Shown one piece after another: positions 47,686-50,200 of a DNA stretch of 50,200 nucleotides (the first letter of the stretch is position 1; every line of letters starts with the position of its first letter). The notes beneath the pieces are model-generated. The model was given only the letters and a program-made list of their open reading frames with translations, ran no database searches and was not told the DNA's origin. The translations under genes and the position numbers were made by a program. Source of the stretch: a virus; IMG/VR virus record IMGVR_UViG_3300045988_033256; one strand, given 5' to 3'.

Positions 47686-47694
47686 ATTATACCA
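47686..47694 (-). promoter_or_regulatory. Extended -10 promoter TGGTATAAT
   Basis: The reverse complement of attatacca is TGGTATAAT. It lies about 40 nt downstream of the stop of the late-regulator gene and points into the ORF-free region. Confidence 0.6.
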
Positions 47695-47733
47695 CCATTC
47701 TTTGTAGTATTGTGTAGTCCGTTTTCCACAGCT

Positions 47734-48090
47734 TTATGCACAGCCTGTGCGTATATGTTCTACTGCCCGCAACGCCCGTGCGTGCATCTTTCCGCGAACG
47801 TGCACTTCGTTGTAATTCATTCTCTCGGCGGTCTCTCTCCACGTCCGACCGTTTACATAGTGCTCGATCAACAGCGCCCGCAGCGCCGCATCCTGCACCT
47901 TAGCCGTTGTGCTGATAATCTCGGCCTTAATCAGCGCAAGTCGTTCCTGTTCTTTCTGTATCTTTTCGGATAGGGCAAGATATGCATCCGCCTTGTTTGC
48001 AGTCACGTCGCCTCCGCCGCCCGGTGTGTCCTTGATCGTCGCCGTTGCGCTTGTCGCCCGTGTCCACGCCCTTACTCGTGCTTCTTCCAA
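47734..48090 (-). CDS. DUF1492/ArpU-like late transcriptional regulator (sigma-70 region-4-like HTH); start uncertain
   Basis: LLIEHYVNGRTWRETAERMNYNEVHVRGKMHARALRAVE fits the family. The first canonical start is TTG at 48090 with no RBS, and the frame stays open up to 48153. Confidence 0.7.
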   Translation of the reverse strand: MEEARVRAWTRATSATATIKDTPGGGGDVTANKADAYLALSEKIQKEQERLALIKAEIISTTAKVQDAALRALLIEHYVNGRTWRETAERMNYNEVHVRGKMHARALRAVEHIRTGCA

Positions 48091-48136
48091 CGCAGAGATT
48101 GATTTTTCAAGGTCAATCCCTCGTCTGAGCCATTCT

Positions 48137-48352
48137 TTAGTCGTCGTGTGCCACTACCTCCTCCATACCGTGCTGTGTATATCGCCTGCGACGGCTGATT
48201 CTCGTCGCCTTGCGGACGCAACCCACACCCGGTTCACATCCGCGCGATTTCCCCGTGTCGATCAAATAATGACACGCCCACAGTTTAGAGCCTTGGCTCG
48301 TACCCAGTACTCGCCAGTATGCGCACCCAGCGCATTCGCTTTTCTTTTTCAT
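48137..48352 (-). CDS. Small Cys-rich (zinc-binding-like) protein (71 aa)
   Basis: The protein reads MKKKSECAGCAYWRVL...WACHYLIDTGKSRGCEPGVGC. Its ATG overlaps the upstream gene end. Confidence 0.6.
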   Translation of the reverse strand: MKKKSECAGCAYWRVLGTSQGSKLWACHYLIDTGKSRGCEPGVGCVRKATRISRRRRYTQHGMEEVVAHDD

Positions 48353-48618
48353 GCTAATGCTATTCCATTCTCCCGCAGTTCTTCAATCAGATCGTCGATT
48401 TTAACGTATTTTCGGGCGATACTGTCTGCGAGGTAGTTTGTTTCGTCCCATATCCGCCGTAATCGGTCATAGTCGTACCCTTCTTTATCCCGTAGAACGC
48501 TAAACATAATTGCCCATGTAGACGCAACCGCCGTGTTCGTTGCGTCTCGTTTGGCTTTTTCTATGTCACCCTGCGTCGCCGGTATTCGGTATGGGTTGAC
48601 TTTCTTTTTCTTCGCCAT
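48349..48618 (-). CDS. Hypothetical protein (89 aa)
   Basis: ATG at 48618. The composition is coding-like. Confidence 0.6.
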   Translation of the reverse strand: MAKKKKVNPYRIPATQGDIEKAKRDATNTAVASTWAIMFSVLRDKEGYDYDRLRRIWDETNYLADSIARKYVKIDDLIEELRENGIALA

Positions 48619-48684
48619 TTCCGTACCTCCAAAGCAAATAGCGATTGATTTCTTTCAGGTATTTTCGCATCTCTGCGCTATACA

Positions 48685-48960
48685 TCACTCGTCCGCACGC
48701 TCCAAACCATCTAACGCTCCGCTAAGTACAAGCGCCGTTGCTTCAACTAAAATAGTCATTTTAATCCGTGGCAGGTTATCGAACGGAACGTCTTTCGGCT
48801 TGTTCTTGCGCTGACCAGCGGTTTTCTGTGTCAGCATACGGCACATCTCGTCTACCGCTTCTTTAAGCAATGGTATGTTCGGTTTCTGGTTCTGAAATGC
48901 CGTCCAGAGCGCAAAATTTTCAAGATTTTCCTCTGCTTTTGCTTTAAGTTTATCATTCAC
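48685..48960 (-). CDS. Hypothetical protein (91 aa)
   Basis: The GTG start at 48960 follows AAGGAA. It overlaps the recombinase gene end by 8 nt. Confidence 0.55.
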   Translation of the reverse strand: MNDKLKAKAEENLENFALWTAFQNQKPNIPLLKEAVDEMCRMLTQKTAGQRKNKPKDVPFDNLPRIKMTILVEATALVLSGALDGLERADE

Positions 48961-49786
48961 ACGCTGATTCCTTCTTTTTCTTTCTTGCGTATGCCGCCCT
49001 GCGCTTTTCCGCGCATGCTGCGCACATCACTCGTCCGGGTATCGCATCGCGACATTGGCAGACCACGCAGACACCAGCGGCTTTCAGTTTGAGATACCAC
49101 GGGTCTTTTGCTTCTCGTTTCGGTTTAACTGGCTTAGGTTTTACTTCGCGCTTCTGTTTGACCGGTTTTGGCTTTGGTGGCTCCCGTTTCGGCAGCTCTA
49201 CGCCCACGCGCTTGCAGCCGTCTCGAAACGAGCTTACCGCCATTCCCAATTCACGCGCCGCTGCTGATTGTGACAGTTCGCCTTTCCTTGCGCGGTCCGC
49301 TACAGCAGCAAATTCCTCCGGAAGCGGTTTTTCTCTCCGTCCGAAATGTACGCCTCGCGCCTTTGCCGCAGCGATGCCCTCCGCCTGCCGCTTCTTGATG
49401 TTCTCACGCTCGGACTGTGCGACGTATGACAGCAGTTGCAAAACGATGTCCGCAATCAACCGCCCGGTCAGGCCCTTGTCCTCGCGCGTATCCAGCAGTG
49501 GCATATCGAGCACCACGATATCGGCGTTCTTCTCTTTCGTGATATGCCTCCACTGCTCCAAAATCTCATCGTAATTGCGTCCCAGACGGTCAATGCTGGA
49601 TACCATCAGCGTATCGCCTGTACGCAGTCTGCCGATAAGTTCGATGTACAGCGGTCGGTCAAAGTCCTTACCAGACTGCTTTTCTACGACAATATTTTCC
49701 CGCTGCACGCCTGCGCCGGTCAGACTGATAATCTGCCGTTCCTCGTTCTGATCGCGGGTAGATACACGGGCATAGCCGTAGGTCAT
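48953..49786 (-). CDS. Small serine recombinase (resolvase/invertase type) with a Lys/Pro-rich linker and C-terminal zinc-ribbon-like basic tail
   Basis: MTYGYARVSTRDQNEERQ...VSSIDRLGRN...SYVAQSERENIKKRQAEGI is the catalytic domain. The HTH is GELSQSAAARELGMAVSSF. The tail reads KPKPVKQKREVKPKPVKPK...CVVCQC...CAACAEKRRAAYARKKKK. Confidence 0.9.
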   Translation of the reverse strand: MTYGYARVSTRDQNEERQIISLTGAGVQRENIVVEKQSGKDFDRPLYIELIGRLRTGDTLMVSSIDRLGRNYDEILEQWRHITKEKNADIVVLDMPLLDTREDKGLTGRLIADIVLQLLSYVAQSERENIKKRQAEGIAAAKARGVHFGRREKPLPEEFAAVADRARKGELSQSAAARELGMAVSSFRDGCKRVGVELPKREPPKPKPVKQKREVKPKPVKPKREAKDPWYLKLKAAGVCVVCQCRDAIPGRVMCAACAEKRRAAYARKKKKESACE

Positions 49787-50097
49787 TCATCCTCACGCTC
49801 CAACATATCCAAATACTTCCGTGCCATCGCCGCCACCTGAATTGCCTCGCAAGCCGCTGCTTCGGCGTACTGCTCAACCAGTGCCACATGCTGCGCCGTC
49901 GGGATACCGTCACGGATACGGTGCCAGAGCTGCTCCATTGCCATTTCGATACTGGCGCATTCTTCTTGCAGTTCCTCGGCTTCTTCTTGCATTACCGCCC
50001 ATCCCTCGTGCTCCGAGTGGAACTGCGGAAAACGCTCATTTGCGCTTTCCAGTTCCTTTTCAACGAGCATCTTTACGTCTTCACTTACTGCATTCAT
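49783..50097 (-). CDS. All-alpha NTP-pyrophosphohydrolase (MazG-like) candidate (104 aa)
   Basis: The start is trimmed to the ATG at 50097, preceded by AGGAAGAAAAATA. The protein reads FHSEHEGWAVMQEEAEELQEE...EAIQVAAMARKY. Its first 16 nt are duplicated at 1-16. Confidence 0.5.
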   Translation of the reverse strand: MNAVSEDVKMLVEKELESANERFPQFHSEHEGWAVMQEEAEELQEECASIEMAMEQLWHRIRDGIPTAQHVALVEQYAEAAACEAIQVAAMARKYLDMLEREDE

Positions 50098-50200
50098 TAT
50101 TTTTCTTCCTTTCAAACACAAATCATCGGCGGGTGCGGAATCTCCGTATCTACCGGTCTCCACAGGTGCAGGCAATACGGATGGTTATTGATGTACTCCG
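50082..50200. repeat. Terminal overlap copy 2 (identical to 1-119)
   Basis: See copy 1. Confidence 0.95.

Larger units (their letters stand above)
1..50081. mobile_element. Complete genome unit of a temperate siphovirus-like dsDNA phage (circularly closed in this window)
   Basis: Bases 1-119 equal 50082-50200, giving a 50,081-bp unit. All modules are present: lysogeny (integrase, attP, repressors, antirepressor), replication/recombination, TerS/TerL/portal, head, long tail with a 917-aa tape measure, and holin/amidase. Confidence 0.85.

Overview
The window is one complete, circularly closed genome of a temperate siphovirus-like dsDNA phage. Bases 1-119 are identical to 50082-50200, so the unique unit is 50,081 bp. 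The host is probably a Bacillota/Clostridia-type bacterium; this is inferred from GGAGG-type RBSs, an amidase endolysin with no spanins, and an attP that carries the 3' part of a tRNA-Thr gene. Almost all genes lie on the minus strand in tightly coupled operons.

Modules, read along minus-strand transcription:
- Lysogeny/immunity, 12.8-17.9 kb: a Cro-like/CI-like switch with three TTACC-N6-GGTAA operators, a second XRE pair controlling a BRO/KilAC antirepressor, a PH-domain membrane protein, a tyrosine integrase and attP.
- Early/replication-recombination, 13.0 kb down to 0, wrapping to about 47.7 kb: Rad52-like SSAP, NinB-like protein, SSB, replisome organizer, RusA, HNH nucleases, a Lar-like protein, an HsdM-like protein coupled to a second tyrosine recombinase, a small serine recombinase and a DUF1492/ArpU-like late regulator.
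- Packaging, head, tail and lysis, 44.4-22.2 kb: TerS, TerL, portal, scaffold, major capsid, major tail, 917-aa tape measure, tail fibre, holin and amidase.
- A post-lysis module and cargo, 22.2-18.0 kb.

The most unusual content is non-coding or unassigned:
1. A roughly 1.1-kb ORF-free, hairpin-dense locus (46.56-47.70 kb). It has its own TGGTATAAT promoter and 5-7 repeated hairpins with a conserved CCCTCATGCAGGCTTT loop and compensatory stems. It is a candidate giant phage ncRNA.
2. An origin-like region (11.87-12.36 kb) with twin hairpins sharing one loop, polypyrimidine tracts, an AT-rich core and 7+4 helically phased 11-bp iterons flanking a small HTH gene.
3. A Cys/Gly/Tyr-rich three-gene cargo cluster next to attP.
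4. A coupled unit of small Zn-peptide, catalytic-motif-less HsdM-like protein and tyrosine recombinase.
5. An opposite-strand four-gene cassette under a ribbon-helix-helix operator pair.
6. Several promoter-leader-terminator arrangements that suggest antitermination control.

All functional calls come from motif recognition by eye. No database search was run.
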